From Alphaproteobacteria bacterium (GTDB lineage: Bacteria > Pseudomonadota > Alphaproteobacteria > Rhizobiales > JAJRRF01), in the NCBI GenBank assembly GCA_024279735.1, contig JAJRRF010000181.1, positions 1-40,890 on the forward strand: a stretch of 40,890 nucleotides of DNA, read 5' to 3'. Of this stretch, positions 1-9,691 are shown one piece after another. Within the stretch, counting starts at the first letter, position 1; the number at the start of each line of letters is the position of its first letter. Both the position numbers and the translations under genes were made by a program. The notes below the pieces were generated by a model. It was not told the DNA's origin, made no database searches, and saw only the letters and a list, made by a program, of their open reading frames with translations.

Positions 1-102
1 GGCATTGATCAAGTGTTTCATAAGGTTTCCTCATTATGTCGTGAAACAAATCAGAAAATCTTAACGCTTTTTCAATGTCTTATGCAAATTAGTCGTGTAC
101 TA
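1..102 (-). mobile_element. Probable left end of an insertion sequence (IS630-like, TA boundary) with the start of its transposase running off the window
   Basis: The minus strand reads TA-GTACACGACTAATTTGCATAAG...GAGGAAACCTT-ATG AAA CAC TTG ATC AAT GCC (RBS + MKHLINA, 21..1). It abuts an N-terminally truncated gene. The family is inferred only from the TA boundary. Confidence 0.45.
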
Positions 103-845
103 TGATCAGCCATATAGTTCCCGCCAAAGATCATTATATGGAACTGGCTAGTATTTTGGGTTTCGTTGGTCTGTTAAGTCCTATGGTCGTGGCATTTTGG
201 CTTGTTTTCCGAAATGCCAGCTTGAAAGAGGATGTCCTGAGCAGGGTTTTCACTTTTAAATCCATCAAGGCATTCTACCTTTTTGTGACATTTTTTCTGA
301 TGCCGGCCAGTATCCTGCTTGCCCAGGCTATATCCCTATTGTTTGGCTATAGCCCGTCTCAATTTGCGATAACAGGACATTTTACTTTTTCGTCTGGCAT
401 CTTTCCTGTATGGTTTATGTTGGTGATAGCTCCCCTTATTGAGGAGTTGGCCTGGCATTCCTATGGGACGGACTGTTTGCGCCAAAGGTTTAATCTCTTC
501 AAGACCTCCCTTATTTTTGGTGTTTTCTGGGCACTTTGGCATATACCCCTTGGGCTGATTAACAATTATTATCATAGCAATATTGTTGAGACTGGCTGGA
601 TTCATGGTGTGAATTTTTTGGTCAGTGTCATTCCTTTTGTCCTGTTGATGAACTGGCTCTACTATAAGACAGGGCGGAATATATTGGTTGTCACTATTTT
701 TCATATCAGTGCTGGATTCTTTAATGAAATTTTTGCGACCCATCCAGACAGCAAGGTGATACAGACAGTATTACTCTCTGTGCTCGCCTTTTTTATCATT
801 ATGAAAGATAAGGATTTCTTTTTTAAAACCAAGTTTGTGGATTGA
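102..845 (+). CDS. CPBP (Abi/CAAX protease-like) intramembrane glutamic endopeptidase, probably N-terminally truncated
   Basis: Motifs EELAWHSY (EExxxR-like), FWALWH and FH-x3-FFNE; multiple transmembrane segments; in-frame stop at 90-92 and no RBS upstream. Confidence 0.8.
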   Translation: MISHIVPAKDHYMELASILGFVGLLSPMVVAFWLVFRNASLKEDVLSRVFTFKSIKAFYLFVTFFLMPASILLAQAISLLFGYSPSQFAITGHFTFSSGIFPVWFMLVIAPLIEELAWHSYGTDCLRQRFNLFKTSLIFGVFWALWHIPLGLINNYYHSNIVETGWIHGVNFLVSVIPFVLLMNWLYYKTGRNILVVTIFHISAGFFNEIFATHPDSKVIQTVLLSVLAFFIIMKDKDFFFKTKFVD

Positions 846-915
846 GTTTATCCGTGAGTTTATCGGTTGGCAAACCTGAAATTCCTGAATTTTTATACAA
901 AAACACAAGGCATGG

Positions 916-1761
916 CTACTGATCCATCAGCTGGGCCAGTCTGACAAAACCAGCAACGCTGATCTGTTCGGCCCGTTCGGTGGGGGGGATTCCTGCGGCT
1001 TCCAGCAAGGCTATCGGGTCGGCAGAGACCTGTTTCAGGCTGGCGCGCAGCATTTTGCGGCGTTGGCCAAAGGCTGCGGTGGTTATCTTTTCCAATGTCC
1101 CTATATTGCAGTCCTCGGCAGGTTTTTCTATCGGCCTGAATGTAACGACAGCGGACTCCACTTTGGGCGGAGGCATAAAGGCCTCAGGCGGCAGGATCAG
1201 AGCAATATCGGGCACAGTCCGAAACTGGGACAGCACAGACAGCCGGCCATAGGTTTTTGAGCCAGGCGGCGCAACAATCCTTTGGGCAACTTCCTTTTGG
1301 AACATCAGGCTCATGGCATTATAGAAGGGCGGCCAGGGCGAGATTTTGAGCCACTTGACCAGCAGCGGTGTTGCAACGCAATAGGGCAGGTTGGCTATAA
1401 TCTTTAGGCCAGAAAAATTGCTGACATCCAGTTCCAATGCATCCCCCTCAATCACTTCCAGACGGCCTGGATAGGCCGCAGCAATCTCGGCCAGGATCGG
1501 CAGGCAACGCGGATCCTTTTCAACCGCAATCACCTTGTCAGCCCCCTCAAGCAACAGGGCGCGTGTCAACCCGCCGGGGCCGGGGCCAATTTCCAGGACT
1601 GTCTGACCCTCCAGCGAACCCGACAGGCTGGCAATTCTACGTGTCAGGTTCAGGTCGAGCAGAAAATTCTGCCCCAGCTTCTTTTTAGCTGAAAGGTCGT
1701 GAAACTTTATAATGTCACGCAGGGGAGGAAGGTTATCAGGTAGCGTTGCCATAAGGGTCAA
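916..1761 (-). CDS. rsmA: 16S rRNA (adenine1518/1519-N6)-dimethyltransferase RsmA/KsgA (start may be ATG at 1752)
   Basis: [55 protein letters not shown]; downstream of pdxA. Confidence 0.96.
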   Translation of the reverse strand: MTLMATLPDNLPPLRDIIKFHDLSAKKKLGQNFLLDLNLTRRIASLSGSLEGQTVLEIGPGPGGLTRALLLEGADKVIAVEKDPRCLPILAEIAAAYPGRLEVIEGDALELDVSNFSGLKIIANLPYCVATPLLVKWLKISPWPPFYNAMSLMFQKEVAQRIVAPPGSKTYGRLSVLSQFRTVPDIALILPPEAFMPPPKVESAVVTFRPIEKPAEDCNIGTLEKITTAAFGQRRKMLRASLKQVSADPIALLEAAGIPPTERAEQISVAGFVRLAQLMDQ

Positions 1762-1763
1762 TT

Positions 1764-1791
1764 ATTTTCCATAATATCCGAAGTGCCAACT
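1764..1791 (-). other. Degenerate dif-like site (intact XerD arm, weak XerC arm)
   Basis: The minus strand reads AGTTGGCACTT CGGATA TTATGGAAAAT versus TGTTCGCATAA TAGATA TTATGGAAAAC at 11466-11493. A 14-bp exact match (TTTTCCATAATATC) is shared. Confidence 0.5.
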
Positions 1792-1825
1792 GCTATGACG
1801 CATCCAGAAAGGTGCTGTCCCATAA

Positions 1826-1981
1826 GGATACCCTCAGAAATAAAGGATCAGGATAGCGTAGGAATTTTGTGTGTCAGCTAGGCTAAAAATGCGCGTATAG
1901 TTAGGCTATACAAGTATTTTTGAAACGACGCTGGCATGCAAAAGAACAAGCTAAACGATTCGGTTAATTTTGAGGGTCTCC
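1826..1981. mobile_element. MITE, IS5-family-like (imperfect terminal inverted repeats, TAA flanking duplication)
   Basis: Left end GGATACCCTCAGAAATAA versus reverse complement of right end GGAGACCCTCAAAATTAA. TAA at 1823-1825 and 1982-1984. Internal hairpin AAAAATGCGCGTATAG-TTAGG-CTATACAAGTATTTTT. Confidence 0.65.
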
Positions 1982-1995
1982 TAAGGTATCAGCCA

Positions 1996-3027
1996 TTATT
2001 TTGAGGTGATGCCATCCGTCATTCGTGAAGCCATTTTAATGGCCTCCACCAGACTGCGCGGGTTGGCCTTGCCAGTGCCTGCAATATCATAGGCCGTGCC
2101 ATGGTCTGGCGATGTCCTGACAAAGGGCAGGCCAAGCGTAACATTTACACCGCTGTCAAAGGCCAAGGTCTTGATCGGGATCAGTACCTGGTCGTGATAC
2201 ATCCCCATCACCACATCATATTTTTGCCGTGCCTCCTCATGGAACAGGGTATCTGCGGGATGAGGCCCTGATACTTCCAGCCCCATCTTGCGCATTTTTT
2301 CTATTGCCGGAATAATGATCTCCTTTTCCTGCATTCCCATAGAACCGCCTTCGCCAGCATGGGGGTTCAGGCCTGCAATGGCCAGCCTTGGCCGCTCCAG
2401 TCCAAAATAGTGCCTGAAGGCATCTCTGGTAATCTGGCACGTCTTGATGAGCAGGTCTTGCGTCAATTTTTCTGAAACCTGAGACAGGGCAATATGAATG
2501 GTGACGGGAACAACATTAAGCTGCTTTGAAGCCAGCATCATCACTGGGAATATCGGCTTCTGTCCGTCAACAGAGGCGAGGGAGGCCAGAAATTCAGTAT
2601 GGCCAGGGAAGCGGAAACCCGCATCATACAGGACTTCCTTATTGATCGGGTTGGTGACCACCGCGCGGGCTGCGCCGCCCTGGACAAGCGAGACAGCCTG
2701 CTCTATTGAGCCAATGACAGCTTCTGCATTACCGTTGTCGGCAATGCCGGCACTCACAGGATTTTGACAGGGCAACGGCAATACAGGCAATGCAGCATCA
2801 AACACATTGCCAGTTTCTGAAATATTTTGGATATCCTGAAGAGCTATATCAAGCCCCATAACACTGGCACGTTGGCGCATGGTATCCAGGCAGCCAATGA
2901 CACAAAAGGCAGGCAGTGCCAGGCCAGCGTGCTGAAGCCATATCTGCAAGGCCAGGTCAGGCCCAATACCCGCAGGGTCTCCCATTGTTAGGACAATGGG
3001 CAATTTTTTGTTTGGTGGTAGACTCAT
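1996..3027 (-). CDS. pdxA: 4-hydroxythreonine-4-phosphate dehydrogenase PdxA
   Basis: TMGDPAGIGP, VTNPINK, FPGHTEFL, GLNPHAGE, MYHDQ, VNVTLGLPFVRTSPDHGTA. Confidence 0.97.
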   Translation of the reverse strand: MSLPPNKKLPIVLTMGDPAGIGPDLALQIWLQHAGLALPAFCVIGCLDTMRQRASVMGLDIALQDIQNISETGNVFDAALPVLPLPCQNPVSAGIADNGNAEAVIGSIEQAVSLVQGGAARAVVTNPINKEVLYDAGFRFPGHTEFLASLASVDGQKPIFPVMMLASKQLNVVPVTIHIALSQVSEKLTQDLLIKTCQITRDAFRHYFGLERPRLAIAGLNPHAGEGGSMGMQEKEIIIPAIEKMRKMGLEVSGPHPADTLFHEEARQKYDVVMGMYHDQVLIPIKTLAFDSGVNVTLGLPFVRTSPDHGTAYDIAGTGKANPRSLVEAIKMASRMTDGITSK

Positions 3028-3096
3028 GGCTAAGGCTTAACCAATTCCAAAACTATTTTCAAGCCTCTAGCCACAAACCCAGCATAGTCCAGTGAT

Positions 3097-4224
3097 CTAT
3101 CTGTATTCAATGTTGGCATCCTGCCGGAGATCCCGCAAATGTCTCTTGGCAAGGCGGCTAATAGCTTTCTTCTTCAGGAAAGCCTCAACCTTTTTCCGTT
3201 TTGCCGGATCGCCGCTTTTGATAACGACCTTTTTTCCGCCACTGCTACATCTGGTATAAAGGGCAACAAAATCATTAAACAGGACAGGTGCGCTGAGCTG
3301 TCCATCCTTGCGCCCCTTGATTGCAGTCCTTATCTTGGCATATTTCATACCATTATTAATATATTTAATTTTGACATTGGATTTCAGAGCAGCCTTTTGG
3401 GTAATCTTGTTACAGGAAGACAGGTTTTTGCGAAAGGTGTCAGCCTCAACAAAGCGTTTTGACTTGTCAGCCTCTGATGACTTGGCCTTTTGGGGGAAAA
3501 TAAAACTAACTTTCAGTATCTTGACCTTGTCAGCAGTTGAAGATGCGACCGATTTCTTGGTAGATGACTTGTCCTTACGCATCAGCTGTTGAATTTCTTT
3601 TTCTGTAACAGAAACCTGACGACCAAATTTGCTGTAGATATAACGTTGCCAACTATTATTGATACGGATACGTTGCTGAAGTTTCTTAAAGCTGACACCT
3701 TGGGATTTCAAAGCCTTCTTGAATTGGGCAAGTGTGAGCGGCTTTCCTGTCTTGGGGTGTTTATTGCCGCTTGCCAGCCGCTTCATCATTTTGTTGGCAT
3801 CTTCCATACTCAACAATACATTATTTTTTTTTGCTGCCTGGTATTTTAGCCGTTCATCAATCAAATCCTGGATAACCGCCTTGCGAAGCCTGGGCTTAAA
3901 ACTTCGGGCAACATCCCTTTTAATCTGGGCAGCCAGCTTTCTTTGCAGTTTTTGAGCCTCTTCCTTTGATGTAGGGCGTTCCCGCTGCACCATTTCACGC
4001 CATTTTTCTTTAGTTGAATTTGACTTAAAACGCTTCATCATTGCTAATCTGAGAGCTTTTGAACGTGCCAGTTTAGCCTTGAGGCCTTCCTCAATATCAA
4101 CTGTTGTAATCAGGTCATCATTGACGATAACCTTGATGTCGGCAAAAGCGGGGGAAACAATACCCAGAACAAAGAGTGTCAGGACAACAAGAAGTGTTCT
4201 GCTATAACGGGCTAAATCTATCAT
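3097..4224 (-). CDS. surA: SurA-like periplasmic chaperone (SurA N-terminal domain, degenerate PPIase region)
   Basis: Signal peptide; IKVIVNDDLIT, QDLIDERLK and a C-terminal HLRDLRQDANIEYR typical of alphaproteobacterial SurA; located between lptD and pdxA. Confidence 0.8.
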   Translation of the reverse strand: MIDLARYSRTLLVVLTLFVLGIVSPAFADIKVIVNDDLITTVDIEEGLKAKLARSKALRLAMMKRFKSNSTKEKWREMVQRERPTSKEEAQKLQRKLAAQIKRDVARSFKPRLRKAVIQDLIDERLKYQAAKKNNVLLSMEDANKMMKRLASGNKHPKTGKPLTLAQFKKALKSQGVSFKKLQQRIRINNSWQRYIYSKFGRQVSVTEKEIQQLMRKDKSSTKKSVASSTADKVKILKVSFIFPQKAKSSEADKSKRFVEADTFRKNLSSCNKITQKAALKSNVKIKYINNGMKYAKIRTAIKGRKDGQLSAPVLFNDFVALYTRCSSGGKKVVIKSGDPAKRKKVEAFLKKKAISRLAKRHLRDLRQDANIEYR

Positions 4225-4630
4225 CTGTAAAATATCACATTATTAAAGTAATTTTTCAAAACCAGGTTTGACAACATTACGGTTTCGGAATGAGGGCAGG
4301 TGTCCTTGCGCCCCTTTTGACACATAGATCGTTCCGGGACAGGCAAGACCTGGCTCAATAATGACAGTCATTCATTTCCCTGAAATAAGGACAGGAAACA
4401 ATAACACAATACATAGATGCAAAATGAATCACTAGAAGAATCCTAGACTGAAAAAATATGCAAAATATGACAAACTTTAGCCTTTTGAGATGTTCAGTAA
4501 TATATTTATCCTGATTATTTTGGGGCATCCATAAATATGGTCAAGCCCAGTCACCTCTTGCCTCAACATCTTTCATATAGGCGGATATCTTAACCAGCAG
4601 ACCACAGGGGCAAGCTCACACAAAATTCCA

Positions 4631-4736
4631 CTAGAGCAAAATGCATTTAATCCCGATCATTTTTTACTCCAGAGTCCCTATTGGTCGCATACTTTAATCA
4701 GACGAGCCGAGCGGACTTGTCTTCATTATGCTCTAG
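4631..4736. repeat. About 106-bp CTAG-bounded palindromic miniature element (Rhizobiales BRU-RS/RIME-like MITE), copy 1
   Basis: CTAGAGCAAAATG...CATTATGCTCTAG terminal inverted repeats; a closely similar second copy lies at 17742-17843; the terminal CTAG supplies the lptD stop codon. Confidence 0.8.
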
Positions 4737-7054
4737 TTTGGGGTTTCCTCATTCAGTGAATAGTTATAACCAAACCCACCCAAATGTTTGAGCTCAAACC
4801 GGAACATAACAGAAGTATCAGGCTTAATATCATCATCTGATGTGAATGTTTCAGTCAGGTTTACAGCAAACAAGAAACATTCATCAGCATATTTCAGGCC
4901 GATCGTATCAGACAATATAAAGCTGTCCTCTATATCATAGCGAATACCGCCCAGAAGATACCAGTTCTTGACCAGTTGGACACTTGCATTTGCACTGACC
5001 TGGTGTTTCTGGTCATCAGCTCCAGGATTGGCACTCTGGTATATGTGGTTTCCGGCCAATGTAAATGGGCCATAGTTAGCGACCAACGAATTATCAATGC
5101 GCCTTAAAGAAAAGTCATCCTCATCAAAACGTGCCTGGGAAATGAAACTCAAGTTTGAATTGGGTTCAAGGTAAAGTCCAGCAACATAATCGGATCTGCT
5201 TGTTTCAAGGCCACTATCATAGTTTGTATCATTGGTAATAAAGGAAGAATATGAATTTTCGCCTGCAAGATGAAAACTCTGCCCAACAACAGCTTTGATA
5301 TAACCACCCTCATGAAACTGCACAGTATATTGCAATCCAACATTTGCCCGTGTCCCAGTCTCAAAACGGTCATAGCCAGAAAACTTGTCTGTATCGAACA
5401 GCAGGCTATCATCAAAAACCAGGCTTTGGGCATCCTCATTCACAACCTGTTTATTATTGCCACTATTTACATGTGTCACGATCTGGCCGATAGGCTCAAT
5501 AACATGCGATGCTGTTTCTGAATGAGAAACAAATGGGAAGCGATAATCTATGCCGCCCGTAAACATCCCGCGACTGAAACTGTCCTCAGTTGTTGTCACT
5601 GTATTTGTACCAACATTAAACTCTTCGTCCTTAACATTATAAAGGTCGCCACGAGCCTGGGCAAATGGTGTAAACATCTGGCCAAAATTATCTGTCAGGG
5701 TCTTGCGCCATTTGACTTCGGCAATGGCACGGGTCGATTCATCACCAATATCCCTTTGCAGATCGGTAACATTGGCATTAAAACTGAATTCACCGCCAAG
5801 AACCGGGTCACTGGCAACATAATTATAATCAATCAGCGGCGCAGCGGTAGAGTTAGAATTAGTCTCGTCATCATCAATAACCAGTCCGCCAAAATGATAG
5901 AGCTGTGCAGAAAAATAACTTTTTTCTCCTTGTCCAATCAGATATCCCTTGGAGACACGGTCTGTACTACGGATAGTGTCAATCTTATAATATCTTCTAT
6001 AGGTATCATCAGAATCGACGGTCACATCCCAACCGACATTCCAGTAGCTTCCCAGAGAAAAATCACCTTGAGAAGCAATAGAACCGCGCCAGTCGCGCTC
6101 CTCAACTGTTGTTGTGAAAGGGTTACCATCACTGACCTGGTCTGTCTGGAATACTCCTGACAAATTTACCTGGTAGCTGCCATTAGCCAATCTGTGACGC
6201 CAGTTGGCTTTTCCCATAAAGCCCTTTTTGGACATATAGACAGGGGTCAGGGTGACATCATAATTTTCCGCCAAAGCCAGATAATAGGGTGTGGCAGCAA
6301 TCGTACCCAACTCTCCTGAAAACCCAATTGACGGGGTCAAAAATCCAGATTTCTGTTTCACAGTTGGGTCAGCATGGGAGAAAAAGGGCAAATACGCGAT
6401 AGGGACACCCATAAATTCAAAGGTGGCATCCTCATAGGAAATTGTCTTTTCAATCTTGTTATGAATGATTTTTTGAGACTTGATTTGCCAGATCGGAGCT
6501 TTTTCAGGATGGTCTTTACAGGCCTTACAGGGGGTAAACATACCACTTGTAAAGATAGTTGTATTGCCGCCATCAATACGCTTGGCTGACTTGGCACCAA
6601 TCCTGGTATCATCTTTTGCTACAACTTTCAGGGACTGGATAAAGCCTTGTTTAAAGTCATCGGTAAGTTCAATTTTTTCAGCTGTGACAATTGCTCCATC
6701 AGGTTCCTTGATACGCACATTGCCTTCAGCAATCAGGCGGTTCTGACCTTTAAGATAGGTAACCTTATTGGCAACGAGGGTATAGTCATTATAATAAATC
6801 TCGACATTACCCTGAGCCTTGACAGCATTTTGCTTGTTGTCAAAGACAAGCTCATCTGCCTGGATAAGCATAGGTTTCTTATCATTGGACTTAACATCCT
6901 GACCAAGCAGGGCATTCTGGGCAACAGCATTTGAAGGAGGCAGAATCAGGCCAGCAGACAAAATCACAGCCAACATGCTGACAAGCAATTTTGGGCGGAA
7001 AGACCTAGGCCTGGTTACATCCCCCAAATGCGATATGACAATCGGTATAGTCAT
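4733..7054 (-). CDS. lptD: LPS-assembly outer membrane protein LptD
   Basis: N-terminal OstA-like jellyroll (IQADELVFD, AQGNVEIYY), FTPCKAC, SGFLTPS, FSGYDRFETGTRANVGLQY, YADECF. Confidence 0.95.
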   Translation of the reverse strand: MTIPIVISHLGDVTRPRSFRPKLLVSMLAVILSAGLILPPSNAVAQNALLGQDVKSNDKKPMLIQADELVFDNKQNAVKAQGNVEIYYNDYTLVANKVTYLKGQNRLIAEGNVRIKEPDGAIVTAEKIELTDDFKQGFIQSLKVVAKDDTRIGAKSAKRIDGGNTTIFTSGMFTPCKACKDHPEKAPIWQIKSQKIIHNKIEKTISYEDATFEFMGVPIAYLPFFSHADPTVKQKSGFLTPSIGFSGELGTIAATPYYLALAENYDVTLTPVYMSKKGFMGKANWRHRLANGSYQVNLSGVFQTDQVSDGNPFTTTVEERDWRGSIASQGDFSLGSYWNVGWDVTVDSDDTYRRYYKIDTIRSTDRVSKGYLIGQGEKSYFSAQLYHFGGLVIDDDETNSNSTAAPLIDYNYVASDPVLGGEFSFNANVTDLQRDIGDESTRAIAEVKWRKTLTDNFGQMFTPFAQARGDLYNVKDEEFNVGTNTVTTTEDSFSRGMFTGGIDYRFPFVSHSETASHVIEPIGQIVTHVNSGNNKQVVNEDAQSLVFDDSLLFDTDKFSGYDRFETGTRANVGLQYTVQFHEGGYIKAVVGQSFHLAGENSYSSFITNDTNYDSGLETSRSDYVAGLYLEPNSNLSFISQARFDEDDFSLRRIDNSLVANYGPFTLAGNHIYQSANPGADDQKHQVSANASVQLVKNWYLLGGIRYDIEDSFILSDTIGLKYADECFLFAVNLTETFTSDDDIKPDTSVMFRFELKHLGGFGYNYSLNEETPN

Positions 7055-7062
7055 AAAATCTG

Positions 7063-8148
7063 TTACCCATCTTCCTGATGCAAAAGTACTGTTGTCGCAA
7101 TTATTCCAGTGATCAGTGCCGGCATCCAGACCCCCAAAACAGGACTGACACTCCCGGCTCCCGCAAAATTTTTCGTGACTTCAGAAAACAAAAAGAATAC
7201 AAAACCAGTCCCCAGACCGACAAGTACCATTTTCTGAACCCCTCCAAACCTGAATACCCCCAAAGACGTTGTGGCTGCCAACAAGATCATTACCATAAAG
7301 ACCAACGGTCTGGATAACATCCCATAATGTTGGATTTCATATCGTAACGACGGCAGCCCCGTGTTTTTAGCTATGCGTATCTGATTCGGCAACTCCCAAA
7401 AAGAAACACTTTCAAGTGACCCCAGGCTATTCTGAACCTGTTCAGGTGTCAGATATGTCCCGATTGAATATTTGTTATAGTGCTGGCTGCCGAACCCGAC
7501 AACACTGACCCTTACATCACTCAAAATCCAATTTCCTTTAGCCAATATAGCCTCTCTTGCCTCAACGCGCTCTATAAAATTCTGATTCTTATCAAATAGA
7601 TAGACTGTGATACCATTTAGCAACAGTCCCTGACTGGAACTCGCCTTGGCATGCAGGATTGAGGAACCATCAACGCTTTTTTGCCTCAGCCAGGCTCCGT
7701 TGCCTGTGGATTTAAACATGGATTTAGAGCGTCCGAAGGTTTTGGCAAAGATTTTATCCGCCTTGGCCTTGGCCTTGGCCGCCATCGGATTATAGAGTGT
7801 AAAAGAAGCCACACCCAACAGGGCAGCCAGGATAAGGACGGGTGTCATAAAGCCCCAGACAGACATCCCGTTTGCTCGGTAGATTGTCAGTTCTGAGCTT
7901 CGGCTCAAAAGCAGGAAGGTACCGATCCCACCGATAAGGATTGCAAAAGGAAAAATCATTTCTGTAAAGCCAGGCATCCTCAAAAAGGTCATCTGGGCTG
8001 CCAGAAAGAAGGGGGCATCACTTCTCTTGGAACTGATCCTCAACATTTCCACAAAATCTATCAAGAAGATGAGAACCACACACATCAGATAGGTTAGCAA
8101 AACATTGATGAGAAATTTTTTTGAAATATACCAGTTGAGTCTTTTCAC
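7063..8148 (-). CDS. lptG: LPS export ABC permease LptG
   Basis: YjgP/YjgQ family (LSRSSELTIYRANGMSVW), 6-TM layout, second of the lptFG pair. Confidence 0.9.
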   Translation of the reverse strand: MKRLNWYISKKFLINVLLTYLMCVVLIFLIDFVEMLRISSKRSDAPFFLAAQMTFLRMPGFTEMIFPFAILIGGIGTFLLLSRSSELTIYRANGMSVWGFMTPVLILAALLGVASFTLYNPMAAKAKAKADKIFAKTFGRSKSMFKSTGNGAWLRQKSVDGSSILHAKASSSQGLLLNGITVYLFDKNQNFIERVEAREAILAKGNWILSDVRVSVVGFGSQHYNKYSIGTYLTPEQVQNSLGSLESVSFWELPNQIRIAKNTGLPSLRYEIQHYGMLSRPLVFMVMILLAATTSLGVFRFGGVQKMVLVGLGTGFVFFLFSEVTKNFAGAGSVSPVLGVWMPALITGIIATTVLLHQEDG

Positions 8149-8223
8149 AACAATGCTCCTCTAAACGCTCATTTTTTGAACGCAAATGAATATGGACAAG
8201 TCTGTGGCAGCTTTACCCAAGGA

Positions 8224-9348
8224 TCAGGCTGACTGTACCTTTTTATTTTTCCTGCCAGAAGTTGTTCTTGAATAAATCAGGAACAGGGCAAAAATAATGC
8301 CGGCAAGTGGGATAATATAGAGCAAGGGGACTGCTGACGGATTTTTGACAACCATGTTGGTCGTAGCCAGTCCCATGACACGGAAAAATATTGAGCTGAC
8401 AAAGGCTACAACGACCGCATTTGTCCGGCCATGGCGTGTTGTCCTAGCATGACCCAAAAACCCCACAATAAGCAAGATATACAGCGTTGGGTAAAGCGGG
8501 GTCGTTAGCCTTTCATGAAACTCAGCCCTCCATTTTCCAGGTTTTGCCTTGAAATAAACATTGTCTTTTGGAGGGGCATACAGTTCAGACAAGTAGCTTT
8601 CCTTGGCTCGGTAAGAAATGGCCTTGGAGGACTGCTTGTCCAGTGAGGATAGGTTGACCATATATTGGTCAAAGGCAATGATCTCTACATCCTCACTGCC
8701 TGTCTTGTGCCTGTTGATATGTCCCTCAAACATCACCATAAAGGCACTGCCATCGCGTTTTATGACCCTCGCACGCTTGGACATGAACGTAATGCCTTCC
8801 TTGGGGTTGCGGGTATCATGCACCAAAAGACCCAACAGCTCTCCATTCTTGGCTCTGTCCCGTATATGGAATGTCAGTCCCTTTTCCGCCCTGGAAAATT
8901 TTCCTGACTGCAAAACAGAAGACACCATGTCTGTTCTGACCTTGACAATATAGCCTTTCAGCATCCTGAGACTTTTGGGCTGGAGATAGAAATTTCCAAA
9001 CATCACAAAGGCTGTGACAAAACTACCCAACAGCAAGAACGGGATGGTGATACGCCAGATTGAGGTACCCGCCGCCGTCAGGATAATCAGTTCACTATCA
9101 TTATTCAGACGGTTAAGGGTATGGATAGATGAAATAATAAGTGCCAGGGGTGCGATAATGAGCAGCAGCGTTGGCAGAGTCATCGTTGTCATCTTGAAGA
9201 ACAGCCAAAAAGTCTGGTTCTGGGCTGTCATCAGTTCGAGCTGTTTCAGAGCTGTAGCAATCCAGACCAGCAGGGCAAGAGTGGTCAGGATTGTCATGAT
9301 TGCGCCAGCGGCTTGCCGGAACACATATCTGCTAAAGAGATCCATCAT
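8224..9348 (-). CDS. lptF: LPS export ABC permease LptF
   Basis: YjgP/YjgQ family (LNNDSELIILTAAG, GLTFHIRDR, EFHERL); divergent from pepA as is typical. Confidence 0.9.
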   Translation of the reverse strand: MMDLFSRYVFRQAAGAIMTILTTLALLVWIATALKQLELMTAQNQTFWLFFKMTTMTLPTLLLIIAPLALIISSIHTLNRLNNDSELIILTAAGTSIWRITIPFLLLGSFVTAFVMFGNFYLQPKSLRMLKGYIVKVRTDMVSSVLQSGKFSRAEKGLTFHIRDRAKNGELLGLLVHDTRNPKEGITFMSKRARVIKRDGSAFMVMFEGHINRHKTGSEDVEIIAFDQYMVNLSSLDKQSSKAISYRAKESYLSELYAPPKDNVYFKAKPGKWRAEFHERLTTPLYPTLYILLIVGFLGHARTTRHGRTNAVVVAFVSSIFFRVMGLATTNMVVKNPSAVPLLYIIPLAGIIFALFLIYSRTTSGRKNKKVQSA

Positions 9349-9450
9349 ATATCGGGTATCCTGACCAAAAACTCTTTATATTCAGATTGGCTCGCAAGAG
9401 CAGACAATCATCTTTAACGATGATTCGTTATTTGATAAACAGTAAATAAT

Positions 9451-9476
9451 TTATGAACTGATATTATGAACTGATA
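9451..9476. repeat. Perfect 13-bp tandem duplication in the lptF-pepA divergent promoter region
   Basis: TTATGAACTGATA x2 (9451-9463, 9464-9476). Confidence 0.7.
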
Positions 9477-9691
9477 TAAAGTATAACACTATGAAATTCA
9501 TAAGGCCAAAAAACAGGCATACACAACAAATTATAAAAAATCTGGGTATCCTTTGTCACTTTAATCTTCAGCAAGTGCTTTTTTTGCTACTTATCAGCTG
9601 AAATTGCTTCTATAGTCCGCTGGAAAAAACGTGTGCCAGCAATGTCGCAACCTTGGATAAGCCAGGACAATAATATTTTACCGGAGAGAAA

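Noticed and set aside
5522-6160. 212-aa + strand ORF (and similar antisense ORFs such as 23362-24006, 30970-31542, 10108-10626)
   Set aside because: These lie almost entirely opposite well-supported housekeeping genes.
7760-7780. CCTTGG tandem repeats
   Set aside because: They encode AKAKAKA in LptG; a simple coding repeat.
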